From: Shigella phage SH-2
Direction: 5' to 3' (one strand)
Sequence record: PQ642267
DNA: 64,000 nt
Shown here: positions 17,959 through 26,754 of the stretch, one piece after another
How the letters are laid out: each line of letters opens with the position of its first letter
How positions within the stretch are numbered: the first letter of the stretch is position 1
The notes under the pieces: generated by a model
Databases searched by the model: none
The model's input: only the letters and a program-made list of their open reading frames with translations
Told to the model about the DNA's origin: nothing
Made by a program: the position numbers and the translations under genes

Positions 17959-18497
17959 TGCATTCCGATTATGAAAAACTGTGGACGAGTAATACCACCA
18001 ATGCAGCATTTACTACTGCAACAGTGGTGCACAGTTTCAATATGAATATCGTAAATTTTATCCATATCAGGAGATTTAACAGGCTCATCGATTATATACA
18101 AAATCCGCGAAAGCGATAAACCTCTGAACTTGCTTCCTTTATTACCGATAAAACTACGGACAGAATCGGTAAATAAGCGGAATCGAATATCATCGCCAGA
18201 ATAACGAGAAAATTCTTTTTTAATGTGGCCCGCAGAAATTTTAGCGTAAGCTGAAGTATTAGAAAGAACAATAACTGTTCCACCATCATACAGCCAATTA
18301 GCGGCAAAATTAGTTACTGCAGTTGATTTACCGGATTGTCTGCCACCATCTAAACGAAGTGTACAATATTCTTTAAATAAATGCGACGAATCAGGTACAT
18401 AAAATCCACTATTACAGATTTCTTCTACTCTAGCATCAGAATGGTGTGTAAAAGCATTCATCAGGGATAGATAAGGACCAGTTAAAAATGTTCTCAT
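17955..18497 (-). CDS. small P-loop NTPase (Walker A GGRQSGKST, Walker B-like IIDEP)
   Basis: ATG at 18495-18497 with AGAGAGAA SD (track start 18545). Confidence 0.45.
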   Translation of the reverse strand: MRTFLTGPYLSLMNAFTHHSDARVEEICNSGFYVPDSSHLFKEYCTLRLDGGRQSGKSTAVTNFAANWLYDGGTVIVLSNTSAYAKISAGHIKKEFSRYSGDDIRFRLFTDSVRSFIGNKGSKFRGLSLSRILYIIDEPVKSPDMDKIYDIHIETVHHCCSSKCCIGGITRPQFFIIGMQ

Positions 18498-18645
18498 TTT
18501 ATTCTCTCTAAATTTGGGCCATTCCATGGCGCATGAATTGTCCATTTCTGTATTTACCCATTACCGCACTTGGGCTCGACCTTATTACAGGTTGGCGGGA
18601 ATCCCTCACAGAATCATGAGGTCCAGCTTGTTCCCATGTTATTTG

Positions 18646-18712
18646 AATGTAAATATTTTTGCCGTAATACTTGTACCAGTGTGGCTTTATTAAAATTTTT
18701 TCATCGAGTCAT
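18646..18712 (-). pseudogene. denV remnant: start codon fused to 3' terminal ~65 bp of denV (reads ATG ACT CGA TGA)
   Basis: 18646-18710 identical to 19421-19485 (denV 3' end); preceded by a copy of the denV promoter/RBS; junction at shared ACTCG. Confidence 0.6.
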
Positions 18713-18721
18713 TTTACCTCT

Positions 18722-18767
18722 CCAAGTAATTATGAATATACTATCACAATTTTAGGAGAAAGTAAAC
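18722..18767 (-). promoter_or_regulatory. early promoter/RBS repeat, copy 2 (46 bp, 3 mismatches vs 19844-19889)
   Basis: Minus strand GTTTAC...TAGTATATT then GGAGAGG SD; duplicate of denV upstream region. Confidence 0.55.
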
Positions 18768-18769
18768 TG

Positions 18770-19072
18770 TTATTTACCTTTAATTACTTTAGCTGCTTCG
18801 ATAGCCGCTTGCTGAAGGTCATCCATAGACATACCGAATTTAGAAGCAAAGTTATCAATTTTCTTTTCGACAGCATTCAAAGGCTTGGCCTGTTTACCTT
18901 CATTAGCACCAGGAAGAGCGAGAATACGCTCTTTGTCAATATAAAGGCTTACAAGTTTCTTACGGTCTTTATCGGACAAATCATGAAATGAATGGGCCTT
19001 TTTATTTATAGCGGCTTCTAATTTACCTGCACTCACTCGCGCTTCAGTAATAAATTCTTGATATGTTTTCAT
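18770..19072 (-). CDS. internal head protein, IPII-like (100 aa, capsid-targeting leader MKTYQEFITE)
   Basis: N-terminal leader with predicted gp21 cleavage site after ITE; 100 aa as T4 IPII. Confidence 0.65.
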   Translation of the reverse strand: MKTYQEFITEARVSAGKLEAAINKKAHSFHDLSDKDRKKLVSLYIDKERILALPGANEGKQAKPLNAVEKKIDNFASKFGMSMDDLQQAAIEAAKVIKGK

Positions 19073-19090
19073 GTGTGTATCCTTTAATTT

Positions 19091-19408
19091 TTATTCTTTA
19101 GGGAAGTTTTTAGAATATGCATCATAAAGCTTATTTCCAATACGGCGGAAAACTCTAGCCGCAAAACGATTTTCTGGGTTTTTAATCATGATTTGCATCA
19201 TATAAGTACCCGCGTCAGAAAGAGCTTCTTCATAGTACCCATTAATTTCTTTAAGAGTCCTACGTTTACCACCAGGACCATCAACAGTAATTTTCCATTT
19301 ACCTGTAGAAGTGCGGCTCGGTGGCTCAACTTGTTCAATCCAAATATAACCTCCTTCTACACGTTGTCCTTGGGCAGATTCTGCAATAAATTCTTTATAC
19401 GTTTTCAT
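19091..19408 (-). CDS. internal head protein candidate (105 aa, leader MKTYKEFIAE)
   Basis: Same leader class; body not recognised as T4 IPIII (194 aa in T4). Confidence 0.6.
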   Translation of the reverse strand: MKTYKEFIAESAQGQRVEGGYIWIEQVEPPSRTSTGKWKITVDGPGGKRRTLKEINGYYEEALSDAGTYMMQIMIKNPENRFAARVFRRIGNKLYDAYSKNFPKE

Positions 19409-19417
19409 ATGTTTCCT

Positions 19418-19834
19418 TTAAATGTAAATATTTTTGCCGTAATACTTGTACCAGTGTGGCTTTATTAAAATTTTTTCATCGAGTCGTTGTTGACTCAATT
19501 TAATAGCTGATTTGCATGGGTTATAATCATTTTTCCATTCTACTGGAATATCGCTGATGTCAGGAACTTCAGTGTCTTTTATACTGAACCCGCGTTTTAA
19601 GCATTCCATTATAATGTCTGATTGACGCTTTCGCAAAAATTCTAACTTGTCGTAAAAGAACGTAACATGACCAGAACCTAAAATAAACTCGGAAGATATT
19701 TTAAAATCTTTAACCCGCTTACCATTTGCCACGTGTTTACGAACTATACCAAAAACGCGTGGCAATTCACGGTATTCTGCGATTAAATGTTGATCAGCAA
19801 GTTCAGATACTAAAGTCAAATTAATACGAGTCAT
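19418..19834 (-). CDS. denV: endonuclease V (pyrimidine-dimer DNA glycosylase)
   Basis: 138 aa starting [17 protein letters not shown]...[10 protein letters not shown], recognised as T4 endonuclease V. Confidence 0.85.
   Translation of the reverse strand: MTRINLTLVSELADQHLIAEYRELPRVFGIVRKHVANGKRVKDFKISSEFILGSGHVTFFYDKLEFLRKRQSDIIMECLKRGFSIKDTEVPDISDIPVEWKNDYNPCKSAIKLSQQRLDEKILIKPHWYKYYGKNIYI
19421..19485 (-). repeat. 65-bp direct repeat, copy 1 (denV 3' end); copy 2 at 18646-18710
   Basis: Exact 65-nt match read from the sequence. Confidence 0.8.
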
Positions 19835-19843
19835 TTTATCCCT

Positions 19844-19889
19844 CCAAGTAACTGTGAATATACTATCACAATTCTAGGAGAAAGTAAAC
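19844..19889 (-). promoter_or_regulatory. early promoter/RBS of denV (repeat copy 1)
   Basis: Minus strand GTTTAC...TAGTATATT...GGAGGGATAAAATG. Confidence 0.55.
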
Positions 19890-19893
19890 CACT

Positions 19894-20424
<531 letters not shown>

Positions 20425-20880
20425 TTAAAAGAGGCTGTTCATTATTCGGTAAAGTGAAGGACCCATCACATATTGCCACTGAGTACGAGGAATAAGGGCA
20501 AAAGCATCCATCTCTGGAATCATAACACCATCTTTATTTTCAAAATAAGACTCGCAATGGCAATTTCTAAACATCTCATGCTCTACTGGAATCGTATAAT
20601 AAAATAACTGTAAGTCTTTATTACTAGAATATTTAAATACACCTAGGTCTTCTAGAAGGTCTGGACTATAATTGCTAAAACCGGTCTCTTCTAAACATTC
20701 TCTTCGTGCTGCATCTAGTGCGCTTAAATCAGAATTTTCTACGCGGCCCTTTGGAATATCCCAGCGATGTGCCATCATTCCAGGCTTACGAGAACCAGTA
20801 ACCCGTCCCATGAATAAATCTTTATCTTCGGTCATAAAGATAATACCAGCTGATAGTGTTTTCATTTTAATTTCCTGCAT
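20425..20880 (-). CDS. nudE: Nudix hydrolase
   Basis: 151 aa; Nudix box G...RECLEETGF; position next to e as in T4 (e.1). Confidence 0.7.
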   Translation of the reverse strand: MQEIKMKTLSAGIIFMTEDKDLFMGRVTGSRKPGMMAHRWDIPKGRVENSDLSALDAARRECLEETGFSNYSPDLLEDLGVFKYSSNKDLQLFYYTIPVEHEMFRNCHCESYFENKDGVMIPEMDAFALIPRTQWQYVMGPSLYRIMNSLF

Positions 20881-21350
20881 TCAGTGATAAAGTTATTTAA
20901 ATTTTGAGTATATTTCTTTTCATCAAAAATCTTTTGTTGTCTGCGTAGTCGCCATGGCATTTCAATGAACACGCACCATATTCCTGATAGTACTGCTGCT
21001 GTAAAAATATTAACAAGTATAATTAAAAGAATCCAATCTTCCGTTCTGCCTACTGGACTTTCTCCAAAGAAGCAAAATACAAATGATGTCACAGGAAAAC
21101 TAATAATATACCACAGAATAACCTTCTTATCTGTGAACCAATCAGCGTTCGTTAATTTAGCGCGACCATTATGAATACACACGAATTTATCATCTGTTGC
21201 AGTAGATGGCTTAACTGGCTGATATCCCATTCTAAACTCCCTAATTAACAAATTTTTCATATCTTCGGAACAGCCATTCCAGTCAACTCTATCAACTGGA
21301 ATGCCATCGTCCCCATCATCTAAATCATACCAGCGAGTTTTTAAAATCAT
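20862..21350 (-). CDS. predicted membrane protein (162 aa)
   Basis: Hydrophobic helices ILWYIISFPVTSFVFCFFG and WILLIILVNIFTAAVLSGIWCVFI. Confidence 0.45.
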   Translation of the reverse strand: MILKTRWYDLDDGDDGIPVDRVDWNGCSEDMKNLLIREFRMGYQPVKPSTATDDKFVCIHNGRAKLTNADWFTDKKVILWYIISFPVTSFVFCFFGESPVGRTEDWILLIILVNIFTAAVLSGIWCVFIEMPWRLRRQQKIFDEKKYTQNLNNFITECRKLK

Positions 21351-21721
21351 TTGATTTTCCTACAATCATTCACGAATTCTTTCATTGATTCATTTTCAAT
21401 ATAAGACATGTAGTTATTATATTCTTTTAATTGTATTTTGTAATCCTTTTTTCTTTGCCAATTTATTTTAAAATTATCATAATGAAAATATAAAATAATA
21501 CCAAAGAATGAAAATAATGAAATCGCTATAGTATAATGAAGTTCACTCCAAACTTCTATTATATCTACTATACCGCTGACGTTACTGCGGATGTTTAAAA
21601 TAATACAGTCAATCATTAATCCAATAAGACTACCAGCAAGAGCTGCAGCCAACGCCACAGCAAAAATTAAAAATGACTCAGAAAAAGAATATTTGACTTT
21701 ATTTAGTTTTGGCTTTTGCAT
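21347..21721 (-). CDS. predicted membrane protein (124 aa)
   Basis: Two TM-like segments. Confidence 0.45.
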   Translation of the reverse strand: MQKPKLNKVKYSFSESFLIFAVALAAALAGSLIGLMIDCIILNIRSNVSGIVDIIEVWSELHYTIAISLFSFFGIILYFHYDNFKINWQRKKDYKIQLKEYNNYMSYIENESMKEFVNDCRKIK

Positions 21722-22095
21722 CGTGATTCCTTAACAAATTTCATAATTTCATTAAATTCATACATATTTAGTTTAAGCTGGTGTTCCTTTTTAATCTTTT
21801 TACACTGAGCTTTCCATTCACGTACACGTTTACGATAATGCCTTCCTTGATACCAATATCCTACCCAATTTACAGGTACCAATAAAAATGGAACTACTAA
21901 TGGAAGAATTAATACTAACAAAAATATTACGCCAGATTCAATATCAGTCATAAAGTCTATAACCATTCCAACAATCAATAGAATTACAAATGATATAGCT
22001 GTCACAGGACCTATTAATACATCAGTAGGAATTAGCTGACGCTTTAGTTCATACTTCACAGGTTTACTTGGAAGGTATAGTGATGGCTTTGACAT
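21703..22095 (-). CDS. predicted membrane protein (~130 aa)
   Basis: Track start 22116 is TTG; ATG at 22093-22095; two TM-like segments. Confidence 0.45.
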   Translation of the reverse strand: MSKPSLYLPSKPVKYELKRQLIPTDVLIGPVTAISFVILLIVGMVIDFMTDIESGVIFLLVLILPLVVPFLLVPVNWVGYWYQGRHYRKRVREWKAQCKKIKKEHQLKLNMYEFNEIMKFVKESRCKSQN

Positions 22096-22669
22096 ATTCT
22101 CTACATTCCTTAACAAATTTTTCTAATAATAAATCGCTTTCAAAATTAGGATTTTCCACGAATTTATCAAAAAGATCATCAACGATAGTTAAGATATTCT
22201 TTTTACTAAGAATACGCTTATTTTCATATTTTGTTTCAGAGTCAACTATAAGAGTAAAGAAATATTTCTTTCCCTGAAATTTTACCGTAGTATCAATATA
22301 AAATAAATTTGACTTTTGTAAATTACGTTTAAACCATGCGTCACTTAAACTATAAACGCCAAGATAATCATAATCGTCATTTAAATAACAAACTGTCCAT
22401 TCAGGAGAAATGAAATCAGTAAATTCAACATCAAAATCACATGTCAATGAATGAATTGATTCAATACTTTTAATGAGTATTCCAGGACGTATTAAAGACT
22501 TTTTACCTTTATAAAATCCAGAAAGACTTTCATCAGTTTCATATGAAGAGCTCCAATAGTAATTACGTCCTTCTGCCATGCGTTTAAGAGCATTTAGTAA
22601 TTGGTCTGGAACATCAACTTGTCTTTGGAACTCTTCAAACATTGAATTGAAATCACTTTGCATTTTCAT
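22064..22669 (-). CDS. hypothetical protein (201 aa)
   Basis: ATG with AGGAA SD; no motif recognised. Confidence 0.45.
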   Translation of the reverse strand: MKMQSDFNSMFEEFQRQVDVPDQLLNALKRMAEGRNYYWSSSYETDESLSGFYKGKKSLIRPGILIKSIESIHSLTCDFDVEFTDFISPEWTVCYLNDDYDYLGVYSLSDAWFKRNLQKSNLFYIDTTVKFQGKKYFFTLIVDSETKYENKRILSKKNILTIVDDLFDKFVENPNFESDLLLEKFVKECREYVKAITIPSK

Positions 22670-22710
22670 TCCTATTTACTCCAAGTAATAGGGGCCGAAG
22701 CCCCTTATCA

Positions 22711-23304
22711 TTATTTCAGAGAATTAATATATTCCTGGACATCGGCAGAGGTAGTTTCAACCCCGGAAATATTACCGTTAAAGGTTTCAACTCGAGCAAG
22801 GGTATCTTCAATATCAACCTTAGTCAGTGCTGCAATTTCAACTACATCATCGGCAGTACTAATTCCAAGGGCATTTGCCGCACGAGTTTCACGGATATAT
22901 TCCAATTTAACCGCAAGTTCTTGGCGAGCATCATCTAACTCAACTACTTTCTTGGCGATTTCAATTCGCATTTCAGCATAACCGTCAGCCTTAGTAGTCA
23001 ACTGCTCAGCTGTTCGACGATATAGTAAACCGAGTTTAGCATGCATTGTTACATCTTGACCTTCGGAAAGAAGTTTACGAATTTCACGCTCTTTTGATTC
23101 GGCTTGTCGATTCTTTTCGATAATAAGTTCACGAATACGTTTTTCTTCATTAATAGATTTAACAGAAGCAGTTTTTAGATCTTTAATTTTATCAAGCAGT
23201 TTTGCTGCTGCAGCAGTATACTGTTCTTCAACAGATAGATTTTTAGCCATAGCAGAACCAAGTTTAGTGCGAATAAACTCAACAATTTTCTTCAGTGTGT
23301 TCAT
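22711..23304 (-). CDS. coiled-coil protein, possible PspA/IM30-like
   Basis: 197 aa, largely alpha-helical/heptad; N-terminal pattern loosely resembles PspA. Low confidence. Confidence 0.4.
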   Translation of the reverse strand: MNTLKKIVEFIRTKLGSAMAKNLSVEEQYTAAAAKLLDKIKDLKTASVKSINEEKRIRELIIEKNRQAESKEREIRKLLSEGQDVTMHAKLGLLYRRTAEQLTTKADGYAEMRIEIAKKVVELDDARQELAVKLEYIRETRAANALGISTADDVVEIAALTKVDIEDTLARVETFNGNISGVETTSADVQEYINSLK

Positions 23305-23347
23305 AGTATTTCCTTAGGTTGATTAAGATTTAAAATCTGTGGAAGAA

Positions 23348-23878
23348 TTATATCCCATTATTTGAGAGATGTAAACTATTTTTAATTTTACAAATTCGTT
23401 CAGCTTCATCGATAGCAGCATTAATAATGCTTTTAGCTATAGGAGTACTAATACTAGTAGCTTTTACACTTAACACGATTTCTTTATTTTTACCAGGCCA
23501 ACCCCACGATTTTTCACCGTGAGTGCCTTTAATTACAGCAGACACCTCAAGTGAGCATCCATTATCACATGTTTTTACATTAACAACCCAAGGGTCACTT
23601 TTCTCAATCGGTTTCTCAATCGGTTTATCCCAGTAAATATTAAGAATACGTGGAACATCAAATTTGGCAGGACAAATCTTAACCGTAAGACCTTCGCTTT
23701 CTAGCCAATTAATAAGAGGGCGTTCATACAGGCGACGATGTGGGCTTGGGATTCGACAAGCCTTATGTCCGTTGCTTGCGGCTTCACTAAGCTGTTCTAA
23801 TACCTGCTTTTGCATTATTGATAAAATACCATCAAAAGATCTTTCGGAAGTTTCATTCAGTTCAGTATAAAGAGACAT
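23348..23878 (-). CDS. hypothetical protein (176 aa)
   Basis: ATG with GAGGAAA SD. Confidence 0.45.
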   Translation of the reverse strand: MSLYTELNETSERSFDGILSIMQKQVLEQLSEAASNGHKACRIPSPHRRLYERPLINWLESEGLTVKICPAKFDVPRILNIYWDKPIEKPIEKSDPWVVNVKTCDNGCSLEVSAVIKGTHGEKSWGWPGKNKEIVLSVKATSISTPIAKSIINAAIDEAERICKIKNSLHLSNNGI

Positions 23879-23940
23879 AACAGTTTCCTCATGTCGGTAT
23901 AATTAGATAATATCACGTTTCTAATAGATAGATTGTATAC

Positions 23941-24279
23941 TTATTCTTCATCTGAATTCAGCGTAATAAAGTCATCGATGGCCTCTATAATAGCATCGTT
24001 AATAGCCAGTAAAATAAAATCGTCGTCAGTACCTTTATAAGATTCTGAAGCATTGATATATGCTTGATTGGCGAGTTCCCAAGCCTTTTTAAAATAAGGA
24101 GCTTCATCATCAGGACAAATATCCCGCACACCTTCAAAGATACGATTGGCATAATCTAACACCCATTGTACAGGCATGTTTTGAGAACGTTCATTAAACT
24201 CTTTAAAGTCCTTAGATTCAAAAAGCTCTTCGGGATAATAATTTCGATTACAAAAAGCTTTACTAAAGTTACGTTTCAT
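23941..24279 (-). CDS. hypothetical acidic protein (112 aa)
   Basis: ATG with AGGAGA SD. Confidence 0.45.
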   Translation of the reverse strand: MKRNFSKAFCNRNYYPEELFESKDFKEFNERSQNMPVQWVLDYANRIFEGVRDICPDDEAPYFKKAWELANQAYINASESYKGTDDDFILLAINDAIIEAIDDFITLNSDEE

Positions 24280-24334
24280 AATGTTCTCCTCAAGTTACAG
24301 GCTCATAATATCTCAATCATGAGCCTGTGTAAAC

Positions 24335-24598
24335 TTATTTCATATTATTGAAATATTCTTCTGCGATTTCGTCGTTATCATGGTAAACTTTAGAAGACAG
24401 TTTAACATAACCTTCTGCTGTGAACATGTTAATCACAACCTTTACAGTATACCACTGACCGTCTTCATTACCCATTACTGCGTAAGTTTCAAACATCGGA
24501 TGGTCAGGACCGATAACTTTAATATCATTCACAGTACGACCGAAATCTTCTGAAACACATTTCATAAAGAAGTTGAACAGTTCGCCGTAATTATCCAT
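24335..24598 (-). CDS. hypothetical protein (~87 aa)
   Basis: Track start 24610 is TTG; ATG at 24596-24598 with GGAG SD. Confidence 0.45.
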   Translation of the reverse strand: MDNYGELFNFFMKCVSEDFGRTVNDIKVIGPDHPMFETYAVMGNEDGQWYTVKVVINMFTAEGYVKLSSKVYHDNDEIAEEYFNNMK

Positions 24599-24640
24599 TT
24601 CATTCTCCAAGTTGTTTTCTGTATCAGTAGTTGATAGTTG

Positions 24641-24671
24641 TATAGTACCATGGAAGAACAGGGATGTAAAC
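24641..24671 (-). promoter_or_regulatory. T4-type early promoter
   Basis: Minus strand GTTTAC (24666-24671) ... TACTATAC. Confidence 0.5.
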
Positions 24672-24837
24672 AGTTTTGTGAAAAATTTTTTAAAAAGTTT
24701 TAGGGAATTCTAGGGATGGAAGGGGCAATTAAAGGATAGGATAATATATTATAAAGGGTAGAAACTAAATGATGCCTAGAGAGGTCCAGAAAGGCCTAGA
24801 TGTCAAAAGGCCCTATCATTTAGATAGGGATTTAAAA

Positions 24838-25401
24838 TTATTTATCTAGTTTAGTTATTATAGCTTCTGCGGCAGCTTTTAGCTTAGATGCGGTGTTAAT
24901 ACGATTTTTAATTTCAGTATACGCATCGCCAAGAACGTCAAGGCTATCAGAATAAACACTTACACTATTGCGTTCGCTATTTGAAATAGAACCTTTAGTT
25001 TTACGATCAAAATCGGTGTACACGTCTTGAAGATCACGGGCTGCCTTCTTTGCATCATCCAATGCATCAAGAGCTTTATTCAAAGCATTAACGTATTTTT
25101 TAGTGTCGAACATATTCTTAGAAATTTTAACAGGTGCGCGTTCAGGAGTAGCTAATGCAGATTTAGGAACCTGAGCGCCAGATGCCAATTTCTTAGAAAT
25201 TTTGAAAAACGCTTTATTGAATTTATTTTCTTGACTCATCGTAAAAGAACTATTATCGATGTTGTACATTTCAATAGCTTTAGCTTTCCACTTAAGAAAA
25301 TCGCCTCGGTCTTTTGGGTCCAAGTGGAAGAATACTTTAGTAAGATCTGCTTCAGATGGTAATTTTGCTGCTTCGGTTAAAAATTCGGCATAGGTTTTCA
25401 T
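24838..25401 (-). CDS. candidate capsid-targeted internal protein (187 aa, leader MKTYAEFLTE)
   Basis: N-terminus matches the leader of IPI/IPII (MK[TS]Y.[EQ]F...E); predicted gp21 site L-T-E/A. Confidence 0.55.
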   Translation of the reverse strand: MKTYAEFLTEAAKLPSEADLTKVFFHLDPKDRGDFLKWKAKAIEMYNIDNSSFTMSQENKFNKAFFKISKKLASGAQVPKSALATPERAPVKISKNMFDTKKYVNALNKALDALDDAKKAARDLQDVYTDFDRKTKGSISNSERNSVSVYSDSLDVLGDAYTEIKNRINTASKLKAAAEAIITKLDK

Positions 25402-25491
25402 TTAAAATCCTTGAAATAATTTATCGGTTGGTTATTAATTATTTATTACTTTGTTATTATCCGTAACAGCATTCTCTATGTGATTCAAACT

Positions 25492-25516
25492 AAAAACCCC
25501 AACCTTTCGGTCGGGG
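25492..25516 (-). terminator. rho-independent terminator
   Basis: CCCCGACC-GAAA-GGTTGGGG hairpin plus T-run on minus strand. Confidence 0.6.
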
Positions 25517-25525
25517 CTAAGAATG

Positions 25526-25999
25526 TTATTTGATTTGTTTAGCAGACCAAATGCGGTCTTTGATGATTTTTTGGATGTCTTCAACATACTCTAGGTCATG
25601 AGCATGTGGGTTATCTTTGAAACTATAAGCACGAGCTAGTTTTTGGCCTTCAGTTTTGATTACTAAAAGCTCTTTAAGGATAGCTTCATATTTAGCGATA
25701 ATTCCTTTAACAATATTTTTTTCTTGTGCAGCTTTAGGATCTGCTTTAGGAGCAGGTTTACCCGAAGCCTTTGCAAAAGCAGCACCAGTAGCAACTAAAC
25801 TTTTCCAGGCCATACTAACCGCATTTCCTGTAAATCCTTCTGCTTTCATGTCGCGAGCAAACTGGAATCGTGATTCGTCAGAAGCATCTTTATAGGAATA
25901 TTTACCCGCTGCAATGGCTGCTTTTGCGACAGCTTGAATTTCGGTGCTAGATGCTTCATTTAACACCGCTTCATTTAAAAATTGAGCATATGATTTCAT
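25526..25999 (-). CDS. candidate capsid-targeted internal protein (157 aa, leader MKSYAQFLNE)
   Basis: Same leader class with L-N-E/A site; flanked by terminators; late promoter upstream. Confidence 0.55.
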   Translation of the reverse strand: MKSYAQFLNEAVLNEASSTEIQAVAKAAIAAGKYSYKDASDESRFQFARDMKAEGFTGNAVSMAWKSLVATGAAFAKASGKPAPKADPKAAQEKNIVKGIIAKYEAILKELLVIKTEGQKLARAYSFKDNPHAHDLEYVEDIQKIIKDRIWSAKQIK

Positions 26000-26038
26000 C
26001 TTATTTCCTGTTTTAATTCGTGATTTAATATACTACTA

Positions 26039-26046
26039 TATTTATA
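26039..26046 (-). promoter_or_regulatory. late promoter (TATAAATA on minus strand)
   Basis: Plus-strand TATTTATA at 26039-26046, ~40 nt upstream of ATG at 25999. Confidence 0.5.
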
Positions 26047-26048
26047 CT

Positions 26049-26075
26049 AAAAAGCCCCAACCTTTCGGTCGGGGC
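26049..26075 (-). terminator. rho-independent terminator (same hairpin as 25492-25516)
   Basis: GCCCCGACC-GAAA-GGTTGGGGC plus T-run on minus strand. Confidence 0.6.
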
Positions 26076-26128
26076 TAAGCCTTGCGGCAACCTTGTCGGG
26101 GTTCCACCTGCTAAGGCAAGTGTTTGTA

Positions 26129-26219
26129 CGAAACGCCGGGATTCGAACCCGGTTATTAAGCAGTTGACGCTACTCAATATTTTTAAAAGGCCATATCTCG
26201 ACCATATCCGAACGTTCCG
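26129..26219 (-). ncRNA. tRNA-like stable RNA candidate (canonical T-arm CCGGGTTCGAATCCCGG, atypical body)
   Basis: Minus-strand T-arm and a 7-bp acceptor-like pairing (CGGAACG/CGTTTCG) spanning ~91 nt; no standard cloverleaf found by eye. Confidence 0.3.
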
Positions 26220-26387
26220 TCAAAAACGCTACTCGGCTTACGGCAAAGATATTTCCTCGAATCGATAATTCGGTGCGCCGTTTCTGCTGTGATGTAAAGG
26301 GATATTAACAAATCGTAAAGATTTATTAAGACCAGTCCTTACGCAGGGAACATCAGTCCGACGACTTACCGGTAGCGACCCGGTTTC

Positions 26388-26738
26388 TTAATATTCTTTT
26401 AAAGCATCAATCTGTTCACGACGTTTACGCCATAAATCAATTGCTTCATACGCAGATTCAGCATTTCGAATTGGACGGCATTTATATAAAGATTTGTGAT
26501 TTTGATATTGTGTAGATAACGGAATTTTATCTAAAAGGTCTTTACGTTCAAAGTATTCGTAACCATCTAAGCCAAATGAACGATTTTTGAGAAATTGCCA
26601 ATGACCGTATTCGTTTTCGACATAAACATAATCCGCGTGTTGATAAAGCAAATTAATTACACGTTCAGAAATAACAGTGTCATTGTGATTAAAATAAAAT
26701 GTTAAATCATGAACTACTAAATAAACATTACCTTTCAT
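26388..26738 (-). CDS. hypothetical protein (116 aa)
   Basis: ORF track; lies between tRNA-Arg and the tRNA-like region. Confidence 0.4.
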   Translation of the reverse strand: MKGNVYLVVHDLTFYFNHNDTVISERVINLLYQHADYVYVENEYGHWQFLKNRSFGLDGYEYFERKDLLDKIPLSTQYQNHKSLYKCRPIRNAESAYEAIDLWRKRREQIDALKEY

Positions 26739-26754
26739 ATTTTCCTCACTTAAT

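Noticed and set aside
22691-22704. GGGGC-CGAA-GCCCC hairpin after the PspA-like gene as a terminator
   Set aside because: Stable hairpin but no clear T-run on the minus strand; may be an RNA-stability element.
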